The notes under the pieces: model-generated
Databases searched by the model: none
What the model was told of the DNA's origin: nothing
The model's input: the letters and a program-made list of their open reading frames with translations, nothing else
Made by a program: the position numbers and the translations under genes
From: Gemmatimonadota bacterium
GTDB lineage: Bacteria > Gemmatimonadota > Gemmatimonadetes > Longimicrobiales > Gaopeijiaceae
Direction: 5' to 3'
NCBI GenBank assembly: GCA_022826005.1
Contig: JAJDVT010000058.1
Coordinates: 6,605-70,604 of the forward strand
DNA: 64,000 nt
Shown here: positions 28,482-37,508 of the stretch, in pieces
Numbering within the stretch: position 1 is the stretch's first letter
Layout of the letters: each line of letters starts with the position of its first letter

Positions 28482-29453
28482 ATGGCAACGCTCCAAGAAC
28501 TCCTCGTCCTCTCGAGCCGCACCTTCGCCGTAGGCATCGGAATCCTTCCGGAACCACTTCGGGAGGAGATCACGGTGGCCTACCTGCTGCTCCGCGTCTC
28601 CGACTACCTGGAAGACAATCAGGAGCTGGAGGATGCCGACAAGGTTGACTTGCTGAGGAGCTGGGGCAGGGTGCTGGATGGTGGAGCGGGCCGTGAGGCC
28701 CTCCTCGAACGACTCCGGGCGGCCCGTGAGGATACCGCGGACGCGCTGGTAGCGCGGGATTCCGCCGCCGTGCTCGACGGGCTGAACCGTCTGGCGCCTG
28801 AAGCGCGCGCGATCCTGGTTCGCCGGGTTGGGGAGTCGAGCGAGGGGATGGCGCGGTGGGTGGCCCGCGGGTCCGTCTTCGACACCGAAGCCGACCTGGA
28901 CGACTACATGCACGAGGTGGCCGGGCGCGTGGGCCATCTGCTTACCGAGCTGTTCGCCGAGCGGCTTTCCGGGCTGGTGGGCCGGCGGGACCGGATGATG
29001 CCGCTCGGGCGCGAGTTCGGTCTCGCGCTCCAGACCGTCAACGTCATACGCGGGCTGCACGAAGACCGGGACCGCGGCTGGGTGTACGTTCCCACCGAGT
29101 TCATCCCGGATCCGGGACCGCGGCCGTCGGAGCTCTTCGAGCCGGGAAACCGGAATGCCGCGATGGGCGTACTGTCCCGCATGGTGGGGAAGGCGGAGCG
29201 CCACCTGGCCGCTGCCCGCGCGTACATTCGGATGATCCCGAGGCGCCATCACGGCGTGCGTCTCTTCTGCCAGCTCCCGCTCTTCTTCGCCGTCCGGACC
29301 CTCGCGCTCAGCCGGGGCAACCCGGACGTTCTCGAGCGCGAGACGAAGATGACGCGGCGAGAGGTGCTTGCCGTCACCCGGAACGCGAAGCTGCTGGGGT
29401 TCTCGAACCGGTGGATGGACTGGTATTGCGGGCGGCTGGCCGTGGTCGCCTGA
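28482..29453 (+). CDS. squalene/phytoene synthase family protein (squalene-synthase-like)
   Basis: 323 aa. SRTFAVGIGILPEPLREEITVAYLLLRVSDYLED (first Asp-rich region) and a second Asp-containing region DLDDYMHEVAGRVG. Confidence 0.85.
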   Translation: MATLQELLVLSSRTFAVGIGILPEPLREEITVAYLLLRVSDYLEDNQELEDADKVDLLRSWGRVLDGGAGREALLERLRAAREDTADALVARDSAAVLDGLNRLAPEARAILVRRVGESSEGMARWVARGSVFDTEADLDDYMHEVAGRVGHLLTELFAERLSGLVGRRDRMMPLGREFGLALQTVNVIRGLHEDRDRGWVYVPTEFIPDPGPRPSELFEPGNRNAAMGVLSRMVGKAERHLAAARAYIRMIPRRHHGVRLFCQLPLFFAVRTLALSRGNPDVLERETKMTRREVLAVTRNAKLLGFSNRWMDWYCGRLAVVA

Positions 29454-29527
29454 GGGCCGGCCGCGGGCGGCCCGGGTCCGCGGCTCCAGCCCGGTGGCGA
29501 TGTCCGGGAGGGGGGGCGGCACGGCTG

Positions 29528-29557
29528 TTGACAGCCCCGGCAGGCCGCCGCTAACTT
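29528..29557 (+). promoter_or_regulatory. putative sigma-70 promoter of the tRNA array
   Basis: TTGACA (29528-29533), 18-nt spacer, TAACTT (29552-29557). The first tRNA starts 10 nt downstream. Confidence 0.45.
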
Positions 29558-29566
29558 AAAGATCTC

Positions 29567-29640
<74 letters not shown>

Positions 29641-29714
29641 TGCTCAGCAAGTGGTTCCCGGGAACGCCGCCTCCGTGCGGCGTTTCTGGCGTATGCAGGA
29701 TGCGGCGGCCTCCG

Positions 29715-29787
29715 GGCCAGGTAGCTCAGTTGGTAGAGCACGCGACTGAAAATCGCGGTGTCGGCGGTTCAATTCCGCCCCTGGCCA
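29715..29787 (+). tRNA. tRNA-Phe (GAA)
   Basis: Hand-folded cloverleaf GGCCAGG/CCTGGCC acceptor, anticodon loop CTGAAAA, T-loop TTCAATT. Confidence 0.9.
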
Positions 29788-29801
29788 CTGTGAGACATCA
29801 C

Positions 29802-29875
29802 AGGTCCGTAGCTCAATTTGGTAGAGCACCGGTCTCCAAAACCGGCGGTTGGGGGTTCGAGTCCCTCCGGGCCTG
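29802..29875 (+). tRNA. tRNA-Trp (CCA)
   Basis: Acceptor AGGTCCG/CGGGCCT, anticodon stem CCGGT/ACCGG, loop CTCCAAA. Confidence 0.9.
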
Positions 29876-29890
29876 CATGCGTGGAATTAC

Positions 29891-29962
29891 GCCCTCATCG
29901 TCTAACGGTTAGGACACCACTCTTTCAAGGTGGAGATCGGGGTTCGATTCCCCGTGAGGGTA
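29891..29962 (+). tRNA. tRNA-Glu (TTC)
   Basis: Acceptor GCCCTCA/TGAGGGT, anticodon loop CTTTCAA, T-arm CGGGG-TTCGATT-CCCCG. Confidence 0.88.
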
Positions 29963-29997
29963 TGCGGCAGGGGATCGCCCTCGACCGTATGCAGGAT

Positions 29998-30072
29998 GGG
30001 GCTGTAGCTCAGTTTGGTTAGAGTGCCGGTCTGTCACACCGGAGGCCGCGGGTTCGAGTCCCGTCAGCCCCG
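29998..30072 (+). tRNA. tRNA-Asp (GTC)
   Basis: Acceptor GGGGCTG/CAGCCCC, anticodon loop CTGTCAC. Confidence 0.9.
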
Positions 30073-30134
30073 CTGGGCTTTTTGAAAATCCGGGTCCATT
30101 GGAACGAGTGTTCCTGGCTCATTTCCGCACTGCC

Positions 30135-30207
30135 GGGGCCGTAGCTCAGTTGGGAGAGCGCCTGAATGGCATTCAGGAGGTCAGGGGTTCGACTCCCCTC
30201 GGCTCCA
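30135..30207 (+). tRNA. tRNA-Ala (GGC)
   Basis: Acceptor GGGGCCG/CGGCTCC with the G3:U70 identity pair, anticodon loop ATGGCAT. Confidence 0.9.
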
Positions 30208-30290
30208 CTGGCAGCCCTGCGTAATGGATCACCGCCGTAAGCTGGCGGCGACTCCATTGCGGGCTGTCGGAAAGTGACGGTTTGCCGGGA

Positions 30291-30375
<85 letters not shown>

Positions 30376-30392
30376 TTGACTCAATCTGGAAT

Positions 30393-30476
30393 GCCCACGT
30401 GCTGGAATTGGTAGACAGGCTGGTTTGAGGGACCAGTGTTCGAAAGGACGTACAGGTTCGAGTCCTGTCGTGGGCA
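30393..30476 (+). tRNA. tRNA-Leu (GAG), type II
   Basis: Acceptor GCCCACG/CGTGGGC, anticodon loop TTGAGGG, long variable arm. Confidence 0.88.
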
Positions 30477-30480
30477 TGAA

Positions 30481-30554
30481 GCGCCCGTAGCTCAATTGGA
30501 TAGAGTACCTGACTACGGATCAGGGGGTTGGGGGTTCGAGTCCTCCCGGGCGTA
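30481..30554 (+). tRNA. tRNA-Arg (ACG)
   Basis: Acceptor GCGCCCG/CGGGCGT, anticodon loop CTACGGA. Confidence 0.88.
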
Positions 30555-30579
30555 CTTGGCCGGCGCAACCGCCGGAAGC

Positions 30580-30653
30580 GGGCGCGTAGCTCAGTTGGTT
30601 AGAGTGCCACGTTGACATCGTGGAGGTCACAGGTTCGAGTCCTGTCGCGCCCA
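30580..30653 (+). tRNA. tRNA-Val (GAC)
   Basis: Acceptor GGGCGCG/CGCGCCC, anticodon loop TTGACAT. Confidence 0.9.
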
Positions 30654-30700
30654 TTGTGGGGCCTGCCGTGGGGGGAGGCGCCCGCGGGTCGCAGGGGAAC

Positions 30701-30773
30701 GGGGCCGTAGCTCAGTTGGGAGAGCGCAGCGTTCGCAACGCTGAGGTCAGGGGTTCGACTCCCCTCGGCTCCA
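30701..30773 (+). tRNA. tRNA-Ala (CGC)
   Basis: Same backbone as the GGC isoacceptor (G3:U70), anticodon loop TTCGCAA. Confidence 0.9.
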
Positions 30774-30826
30774 CTGGTCGCGGCGGAAGGGCCAGGCCGC
30801 GCCGCTTGCCGCACACAGCAAACATC

Positions 30827-30899
30827 GCCACCGTAGCTCAGCTGGTAGAGCACGTCACTCGTAATGACGGGGTCGTCGGTTCGAGTCCGACCGGTGGCT
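30827..30899 (+). tRNA. tRNA-Thr (CGT)
   Basis: Acceptor GCCACCG/CGGTGGC, anticodon loop CTCGTAA. Confidence 0.9.
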
Positions 30900-31162
30900 C
30901 TGACCCTGACGTAACGTTAGGGTCGCGTTCGCGGAATGGACGGTACATGCGTTCGTGGATAATCCCGGCGTCGCACCGAGGGCGGCGAGGCGCCGGGCTG
31001 GCAAGGCGGGACGAAGGGCGCATAGCCGAGCTATTCGCCCGAGAGCAACGCAGAGCGGTGCTTCGGAAACTCGAAAGTAAAGAAAACATGACACCAGGTA
31101 AAGTCCTCTTTACACTTGGGAGTGTGGAGCGCCGCGGCCCAGCGCGGATGCATCGCCTCCCG

Positions 31163-31183
31163 AATGCAGCGGGGACTTATTCC
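31163..31183 (+). repeat. 21-nt exact direct repeat, copy 1 (AATGCAGCGGGGACTTATTCC)
   Basis: Identical to 45767-45787. Lies 10 nt upstream of tRNA-Gln. Confidence 0.9.
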
Positions 31184-31193
31184 ACGGACTGCT

Positions 31194-31266
31194 AGCCCCG
31201 TGGTGTAATTGGCAACACGTCTGACTCTGGATCAGAAGAGTCCTGGTTCGATCCCAGGCGGGGCTA
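31194..31266 (+). tRNA. tRNA-Gln (CTG)
   Basis: Acceptor AGCCCCG/CGGGGCT, anticodon stem TCTGA/TCAGA, loop CTCTGGA. Confidence 0.88.
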
Positions 31267-31269
31267 CTT

Positions 31270-31354
31270 GGAGGGATGGCTGAGCGGCTAAAAGCGGCGC
31301 CCTGCTAAGGCGTTGATCCCAGTGATCACGTGGGTTCGAATCCCACTCCCTCCG
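31270..31354 (+). tRNA. tRNA-Ser (GCT), type II
   Basis: Acceptor GGAGGGA/TCCCTCC, anticodon loop CTGCTAA, long variable arm. Starts 3 nt after tRNA-Gln. Confidence 0.88.
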
Positions 31355-31370
31355 TTGAGCGTCAGCGTCT

Positions 31371-31454
31371 GGAGGCGTAGTCCTAATTGGTAAGGCACCG
31401 CACTCGAAATGCGGCGTGCGCGAGCACTTGGGGGTTCGAGTCCCTCCGCCTCCG
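31371..31454 (+). tRNA. tRNA-Ser (CGA), type II
   Basis: Acceptor GGAGGCG/CGCCTCC, anticodon loop CTCGAAA, variable arm GTGC-GCGA-GCAC. Confidence 0.85.
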
Positions 31455-31538
31455 CTTGCAGTCGGTGGATGGGCCCGCGGAAGCATCGTAGCGGACCGCC
31501 AGCAACACTCCTCCGCACAGGAATGGACCCGGTTGCCA

Positions 31539-31612
31539 CGGGGCGTGGCTCAGTCCGGTAGAGCGCTGCGTTCGGGTCGCAGAGGTCCCCGGTTCGAATC
31601 CGGGCGCCCCGA
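31539..31612 (+). tRNA. tRNA-Pro (CGG)
   Basis: Acceptor CGGGGCG/CGCCCCG, anticodon loop TTCGGGT. Confidence 0.9.
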
Positions 31613-31654
31613 TTACCCGAAGGAGGAGGCCGCGTGCCCCCGCCTTCGGTTGCA

Positions 31655-31738
31655 GGACGGGTGGCCGAGTGGCTTAAGGCGCACGACTGGAAATCGTGTG
31701 GGCATCTGCCCGCGTGGGTTCGAATCCCACCCCGTCCG
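31655..31738 (+). tRNA. tRNA-Ser (GGA), type II
   Basis: Acceptor GGACGGG/CCCGTCC, anticodon loop CTGGAAA, long variable arm. Confidence 0.88.
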
Positions 31739-31912
31739 TTGAGGGTGATCGAGTTGGCCGCCCGAAGCTCTGTCCCGTCGAGCTCGGCGAGGACCCCCGT
31801 CCCCGGTGGTTGCGAAACCGGATTCCCGGACACGACGTAGGTGAAACGGATCGCAAGTCACGCTTGCGATTGAATCACATCACCTCGTCCCTTGCCGCCG
31901 ACCGGTTGCCCC

Positions 31913-32887
31913 GTGCTTCAAATCAGAGACCTCGTCAAGGTTTACCCGGGACCGGTAGCGGCGCTGCAGGGTGTCTCGCTCGAAGTCCCGAAAGGCATGT
32001 TCGGCCTCCTCGGGCCCAACGGCGCAGGGAAGACCACCCTGATGCGCATCGTCGCCGGGCTGCTCGAACCCACGTCCGGAACCGTCTACTTCGACGGTGA
32101 GGACATCGTCGACGACCCGCGCCGCATCCACCGCCAGTTGGGCTACCTGCCGCAGGACTTCGGCTTCTACCCCCACCTCACGGGCGAGTCCATGCTCAGG
32201 TTCCTCCTTGTGCTCAAGGGCGTGCAGGCGCCCGGCGGGGTGAAGCACCTCGCGGCGGAGCTCCTCGACCGCGTCAACCTCTCGTACGCCGCCAACCGCA
32301 AGGTGAAGACCTACTCGGGCGGGATGCTCCAGCGGCTGGGGGTCGCACAGGCGCTCGCGGGCGACCCGAGGCTTCTCGTGGTCGACGAACCCACGGCGGG
32401 GCTCGACCCGGAGGAGCGGCTCCGCTTCTACCGCCTGCTGGCCGAGCTGGCGGAAGACCGCACGGTGCTGCTGTCCACGCACATCGTCGAGGACATCTCG
32501 GTGCTGTGTCCGCGGGTCGCGATCATGTACGCCGGGCGATTCGTGGCCGCCACGACGCCGGTGGAAGCGCGGAACCGGCTGGCCGGGACGATCTATCAGG
32601 GCGAAGTCGAGCAGGGTGACCTGGCGACCATCGAGGGCAACTACCGGGTCACGCAGGCGATCCTCATCGAGGGGCGCAACCAGGTGCGCATCCATCTGCC
32701 CGAGGGGCCGCCGCCAACCGGCTTCGAGCCGGCGGAACCCACGCTGGAGGATGCGTACCTGCTGTTGGCGCAAGCGAACGGGGAAGGCGGCAGCGCCGAT
32801 GCGGGCCGCGCCGCCTCCTCGGACGTGCAGGGCGAGGGCGCCAGCGACGCCCGGCGGGAGGGCGCCAGCGCCGGAAACGCCTTGTGA
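31913..32887 (+). CDS. ABC transporter ATP-binding protein (copy 1)
   Basis: Walker A GPNGAGKTT, signature YSGGMLQRLG, Walker B LLVVDEPTAGLD. I prefer the GTG at 31913 (VLQIRDLVKVY) because the paralogue starts MLQIRDLVKVY, although a TTG at 31892 is also in frame. The C-terminal tail is about 29 aa longer than in copy 2. Confidence 0.9.
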   Translation: MLQIRDLVKVYPGPVAALQGVSLEVPKGMFGLLGPNGAGKTTLMRIVAGLLEPTSGTVYFDGEDIVDDPRRIHRQLGYLPQDFGFYPHLTGESMLRFLLVLKGVQAPGGVKHLAAELLDRVNLSYAANRKVKTYSGGMLQRLGVAQALAGDPRLLVVDEPTAGLDPEERLRFYRLLAELAEDRTVLLSTHIVEDISVLCPRVAIMYAGRFVAATTPVEARNRLAGTIYQGEVEQGDLATIEGNYRVTQAILIEGRNQVRIHLPEGPPPTGFEPAEPTLEDAYLLLAQANGEGGSADAGRAASSDVQGEGASDARREGASAGNAL

Positions 32888-35800
32888 ATTCGTTCACAAG
32901 GTGGTGGGAGGTCGTCCGGCGCGAGTTCCTGACCCAGGTCCGCCGTCCCGGCTACTGGATCCTCCTCGTGCTAATGGGGATGCTGGCGTTCGGGCTTTCC
33001 GACGGGTCGGTCACCATCGCATCCGGCGGCGGTGAGGCGGGACGCCCGCACCTGACCTCGGTCTTCGGCCAGAGCCGGGTGCAGGCCGTCCTGATCGTTT
33101 CGGTGGGCGGACTGTTTCTGGCGATCTTCTCCGGGCTGGCTGTGATCCGGGACATCGAACTCCGCGTCGGGGAGGTGTTCCATGCGACGCGCCTGACGGT
33201 CCGTGAGTACGTGTGGGGGAAGTTCTGCGGAGGCGTCGCGGTGTTCGGGCTCATCTGGCTTCTGTACCTGTGCACGTCGATCGGCTTCAACCACATCCTG
33301 CACGGCGGGAAGGGGCACATCGGCTTCTTCTCGCTGGCCAACTATGCCTTCCCCACGCTGCTCTTCGGGCTCCCGCAGCTCCTCCTGTTTGCGGGGGTTC
33401 CGTTCCTGATCGGCATCTGGTCGCGCCGCTCGCTCCTGGTCTTCCTGTTCCCGCTGGTTGTGCTCCTGCTCACCTTCTCGGTGCTGACCACCTGGTCGCC
33501 GGGCTGGCTGTCTCCGGAAGTCAACCGGACGTTGATGCTGATCGATCCGTCCGGTTTTCGCTGGCTGACCGAGACGTTCCTCAAGGTTGACCGCGGGGTC
33601 GACTTCTACAACACGTCGCCGCTGCGCCCGGACCTCGGCTTCGTCCTGAGTCGTGCGGCGTACTGCGCCGCCGGGCTGGCCTCCGTGTCCGTGGCCGCGG
33701 CAAGCTACGCCCGCCGCCTCGCCACGGGAGCCTCCGATTCCCCCATCGTGCGGCTGTTCCGGCGTCGCAGAGCCCGCGCGACAGCCGGGCCCCCGTCAGG
33801 CGCACCGCTCAGGGACCTCGAGATGGCGACCCGACCGCTCGGATTCGCCCGGGCCGCCGTGGCGATCGCGCGGAGCGAGGTCCGGGACCTGGTCGCCCGC
33901 CCGCCCATCTACTTCTTCGTGCCGCTGATCCTGCTGCAGGCGATCTCGACGACGACGCTCGGGTACGGGTACTTCGGGTCGCGCGTCCTCCTGACCCCCG
34001 GAACCGTGGCCGACCAGCAGGTCAACACCCTCAACCTGCTGATCTGCTGCCTGCTGCTCTTCTACACGGTCGAGTCGCTGCACAAGGAACGCAACCGGGG
34101 CATGCACGAGATCCTGCACGCGGCTCCCGTCGGTACCGGCGCGATGCTCCTGGGCAAGACGATGGGCAACGCGGCCATGGCCGGCCTGATCCTCCTCGCC
34201 GCGCTGGTGTCGGGCGCCGGGATCATCGTGTACCAGCAGATCGTCAACGAAAGTCCGGTGGGGTACGCCCTCTTCCCGTTCGTCGCGGTGTGGGGCGGCG
34301 TGTTGCTGCCCACCTTCGCCTTCTGGTCGGCGCTCGTTACCGCGTTCTTCTCTCTCCTGCGCAACCGCTACGCGGCGTACGGAGCCGGGCTCGTCTTCCT
34401 CATGTACACGGTCTTCCGACAGGAGACCGAGGGGACCCCCGGCTGGCTGACGAACTGGCAGGGGTGGAATCTGGTCCGGTGGACCGACATGGGCGCATTC
34501 ACCCTGCACGGTACCCCGCTGCTGCTGAACCGGCTGCTCTACCTCAGCTTCGTCCCGCTCCTGGTTGCGGTGTCGGTGCGCTGGTTCCCCCGGCGTGCCT
34601 TCGACGCCGCGGCGACCCTGAACCGCCTCCGTCCCCGGGCGCTGGCACTGGGTACCCTGCGTCTCCTTCCCCTGGCGGTTGCGCCCATCGTCCTGGCGTC
34701 GTTGCTGTTCTTCGGCGGCCGCTCCGGCTATCAGCGTCCCGGCGTGAATGATTGGCGGGAAGCCTACTGGCAGCGCAACTTCGCGACCTGGGACGGGCTC
34801 GAAATGCCGTCGGTGACGCATGTGGACCTGGATCTCGCCATCGAGCCCGCGCAGCGCTCCATCGCCGTAACGGGGGCGTACACCTTCCTGAACCACCGCG
34901 ACCAACCGTACGAGGAGCTTCCGATCACCGCCGGTCGTTGGGGCTCCATTGAGTGGACGCTGGCGGGAGAGATCCACGAACCGGAAGACCGCGCCAACCT
35001 GTTCGTATTCGCGCTGGACGGTCCCCTCGCCCCCGGGGACACCGTCACGATCGGCTTCAGCTACGACCTGGAGCGCCATGAAGGCATGAGCCGGCGGCCG
35101 GGCGGGACCAGCCAGTTCATTCTTGAGTCGGGCGTGGTGCTCAACGGGTTCGAGCCGACCTTCGCGCCGGTCCCGGGCTACGATCCCGACATCGGGTCGC
35201 CCGGCTTCCGCGGGCCCGAAATCGAGGACGACTTCTACCTGGGCCAGACCGAGCCGCTGATCGGGTGGGCGGGCAGACCCTTCACCGTGCGCACGCGCAT
35301 CACCATCCCGGAGGAGTACACGGCCAACGGCGTGGGACAGCTGGTCAGCGAAGAGGTGGCCGACGGCAGGCGCACCGTGGTTTGGGAGACCGACGACCCG
35401 GTCCGCATGTTCAACGTCATCGCCGGGCGGTACGACGTGATCGATGGGGATGGAACAACGATCTACTACCACCCGGCGCACGACTACTACGTGGAGGAGA
35501 TGTCCGCGACCCTGGACGCGGCGCGCAAGTACTACGCCGAGTGGTTCCATCCCTTCCCGCGGAGCGTGCTCAAGCTCTCCGAGATGCCGGCCTTCTCCCC
35601 GGGAGCGCAGGGGTTTCCGACCAACATCACGTTCAGTGAGGAGATGGGTTTCCTGACGCAGCGCGATCCCCGCTCCCACCTGGGGTTCATGGTGGTGGCG
35701 CACGAGGCCGCGCATCAGTGGTGGGGCAACCTGCTCGGGCCCGGCCGCGGTCCCGGGGGCAACATGCTGTCGGAGGGGATGTCCCACTATTCGACGATCC

Positions 35801-36459
35801 TGCTGCACGAACAGGTCTACGGCGACCGTTACCGGATGGAGTTCACGAAGCGGTTGGAAGAGGAATACGTCAGTCGGCGCCGCGTGGACACGGAGCGCCC
35901 GATGGTCAAGTCGATGGGCGGCGCCTACAACCGGGGCTCGTGGGCGATGTGGATGCTGCAACAGCAGATGGGACGGGAGAATATCCTTGCGGGATTGCGC
36001 GCGTTCATTGCGAGCTACAGGGACGGCCCGGACCATCCGGTGATTCAGGACATGCTGGCCGTGCTGCGTGACTTCGCGCCGGACACGGCGGCGTTCGACG
36101 CGTTCGCTGAGCAGTGGTTCTTCGAGGTCGTGTTGCCGGAGTACAGGTTGTCCGAAGTGACGAGGGTGCAGGAAGGGGATGAATGGGTGGTGCGGGGAAC
36201 GGTGGAGAATGTGGGGACGGGGCGGATGCCGGTGCAGGTTGGGGCGGTCGCGGGGGAGCGGTGGTCCGACCGGGGCGATGATGCGGACCGGTCCGTGGTG
36301 GCAGCGGGATACCGGGATGCCCGCACCGAGGTGGTGCTGGGCGCCGGGGAGTCGGCGGAGTTCGTGATCCGCGCCGCGTTCGAGCCCGACCGCGTGGTGA
36401 TCGACCCGGACGTGCTGGTCCTGCAGGTGAACCGGGCCACCGCGACGTTCGATTTCTGA
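32884..36459 (+). CDS. ABC-2-type permease fused to an M1-family (gluzincin) zinc peptidase domain (copy 1)
   Basis: 1191 aa, with a GTGA overlap with the ATPase gene. The N-terminal ~620 aa are multi-TM. The C-terminal domain carries VVAHEAAHQWWGN (HEAAH 35701-35715) plus a downstream SEG glutamate. Confidence 0.88.
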   Translation: MNSFTRWWEVVRREFLTQVRRPGYWILLVLMGMLAFGLSDGSVTIASGGGEAGRPHLTSVFGQSRVQAVLIVSVGGLFLAIFSGLAVIRDIELRVGEVFHATRLTVREYVWGKFCGGVAVFGLIWLLYLCTSIGFNHILHGGKGHIGFFSLANYAFPTLLFGLPQLLLFAGVPFLIGIWSRRSLLVFLFPLVVLLLTFSVLTTWSPGWLSPEVNRTLMLIDPSGFRWLTETFLKVDRGVDFYNTSPLRPDLGFVLSRAAYCAAGLASVSVAAASYARRLATGASDSPIVRLFRRRRARATAGPPSGAPLRDLEMATRPLGFARAAVAIARSEVRDLVARPPIYFFVPLILLQAISTTTLGYGYFGSRVLLTPGTVADQQVNTLNLLICCLLLFYTVESLHKERNRGMHEILHAAPVGTGAMLLGKTMGNAAMAGLILLAALVSGAGIIVYQQIVNESPVGYALFPFVAVWGGVLLPTFAFWSALVTAFFSLLRNRYAAYGAGLVFLMYTVFRQETEGTPGWLTNWQGWNLVRWTDMGAFTLHGTPLLLNRLLYLSFVPLLVAVSVRWFPRRAFDAAATLNRLRPRALALGTLRLLPLAVAPIVLASLLFFGGRSGYQRPGVNDWREAYWQRNFATWDGLEMPSVTHVDLDLAIEPAQRSIAVTGAYTFLNHRDQPYEELPITAGRWGSIEWTLAGEIHEPEDRANLFVFALDGPLAPGDTVTIGFSYDLERHEGMSRRPGGTSQFILESGVVLNGFEPTFAPVPGYDPDIGSPGFRGPEIEDDFYLGQTEPLIGWAGRPFTVRTRITIPEEYTANGVGQLVSEEVADGRRTVVWETDDPVRMFNVIAGRYDVIDGDGTTIYYHPAHDYYVEEMSATLDAARKYYAEWFHPFPRSVLKLSEMPAFSPGAQGFPTNITFSEEMGFLTQRDPRSHLGFMVVAHEAAHQWWGNLLGPGRGPGGNMLSEGMSHYSTILLHEQVYGDRYRMEFTKRLEEEYVSRRRVDTERPMVKSMGGAYNRGSWAMWMLQQQMGRENILAGLRAFIASYRDGPDHPVIQDMLAVLRDFAPDTAAFDAFAEQWFFEVVLPEYRLSEVTRVQEGDEWVVRGTVENVGTGRMPVQVGAVAGERWSDRGDDADRSVVAAGYRDARTEVVLGAGESAEFVIRAAFEPDRVVIDPDVLVLQVNRATATFDF

Positions 36460-36847
36460 CCCGGTCCGCGCCCCGTTCCGCATTGGGCTTCGGGCCGTCG
36501 GGTCGCCTATTGGCTTTCCGGTGCGCGGCCACTGCCGACCGGGGTGCCGGAGGGTACCCGAATGGCGGCGACCGCCGGCGCATCCCGACGCCGCCCACGT
36601 CCAGGTCGACAAGCCCGCGCAGCAGCGACAGCCTGTCGGCGTACACCATCCGCGCGCTCCGTCGATCCGCCGTGCCGGCCCGGCCCGACCGCTTGCCGGC
36701 CCCGATTATTGCGAGTACCCTTGTGACTGGATCTGCCGGAATATGAAACAGGGTTCCCGGGTTGCGCGTACAGGTCCCGGCTTGGCACGTGCGCCCGGAT
36801 CAGGTCAGATTCTGCGTACCGCCTGCCCGGTCGGAAGGAGAAGACTC

Positions 36848-37495
36848 ATGACGGATTCGGCCGCCACGGTATCCTCTTCACAGGTCTCGTTGATCCTTGA
36901 GCGGGCCGCCGAGATTGATGCGCGCGGCGACGTGCTCACCGTCGACGAACTGCGGCATATCGCGGCCGAGGCGGGAATCGACGCAGCGGCCACGGATATG
37001 GCGATTCAGCAGATCATGGCCGGTCGCGAGGACGCTTCGGTGCCATCGGTGCCGGAAGCGAAGCAAGGGACCAACCTGACCGCAGAGAATCCCAACGCCC
37101 CCGCGCCGGAGTGGATCGTGGCTGGTGGCGCGGTGGGCATGGCATTCGGCTTCTTTACCGCACTACCGAATGTCGTGGCCATACCCGCCCTTGGAGCGAC
37201 TGTACTGTACCTGCTGTTCAGGGCGGTGAAGAGCATGAGGACGGGCTCTGAACTGAGTTTCCAGCTTCAAAACCTCGCCGCTTGGCTCGGGATGGCGCTC
37301 AGCGCCACAGCCATCGGTGCGTTTTCTCCCGGCGTCAACTTCGCCGCCGCATTCATTTGCTGGATCGTGGTCGCCGTCGTCGGCGGAATGATTGTGAGGT
37401 TCGGTCCCCGCGAGGAGATGGCACACGATGAAGTGCCGCAGATGAGAGCGGGCGAGGGATCGGATGGCCCCAGCCTCTTGAGCGATCCGTCGTAG
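36848..37495 (+). CDS. hypothetical membrane protein
   Basis: ATG 36848 preceded by GGAAGGAG. A soluble helical N-terminus (LILERAAEIDARGDVLTVDELRHIAAEAGID) is followed by about 4 hydrophobic segments. Confidence 0.65.
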   Translation: MTDSAATVSSSQVSLILERAAEIDARGDVLTVDELRHIAAEAGIDAAATDMAIQQIMAGREDASVPSVPEAKQGTNLTAENPNAPAPEWIVAGGAVGMAFGFFTALPNVVAIPALGATVLYLLFRAVKSMRTGSELSFQLQNLAAWLGMALSATAIGAFSPGVNFAAAFICWIVVAVVGGMIVRFGPREEMAHDEVPQMRAGEGSDGPSLLSDPS

Positions 37496-37508
37496 CGCCG
37501 ACCGCCCC

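Noticed and set aside
31056-31115. Possible SRP (4.5S) RNA, because ACCAGGTAAAGTCC resembles the ACCAGGTCAGGTCC of domain IV.
   Set aside because: The invariant GGAAGCAGCC-type motif and the complementary 3' strand are absent.
30620-31195. 191-aa + ORF running through tRNA-Val, tRNA-Ala and tRNA-Thr and the array gap. Several 60-180-aa ORFs also overlie the tRNA array.
   Set aside because: They overlap well-folded tRNA genes and show no coding-type third-position bias in the gap.
33796-36612. 938-aa minus ORF, together with the equivalent 746-aa ORF at 43075..45315.
   Set aside because: They are antisense shadows of the two permease/M1 fusion genes.
36460-36847. ORFs 36521..37495 (324-aa version), 36005..36649 (-) and others in the gap after fusion gene copy 1.
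   Set aside because: The upstream 109 aa of the 324-aa ORF are Arg/Pro-rich with no RBS. A good RBS plus ATG at 36848 starts the plausible membrane protein.
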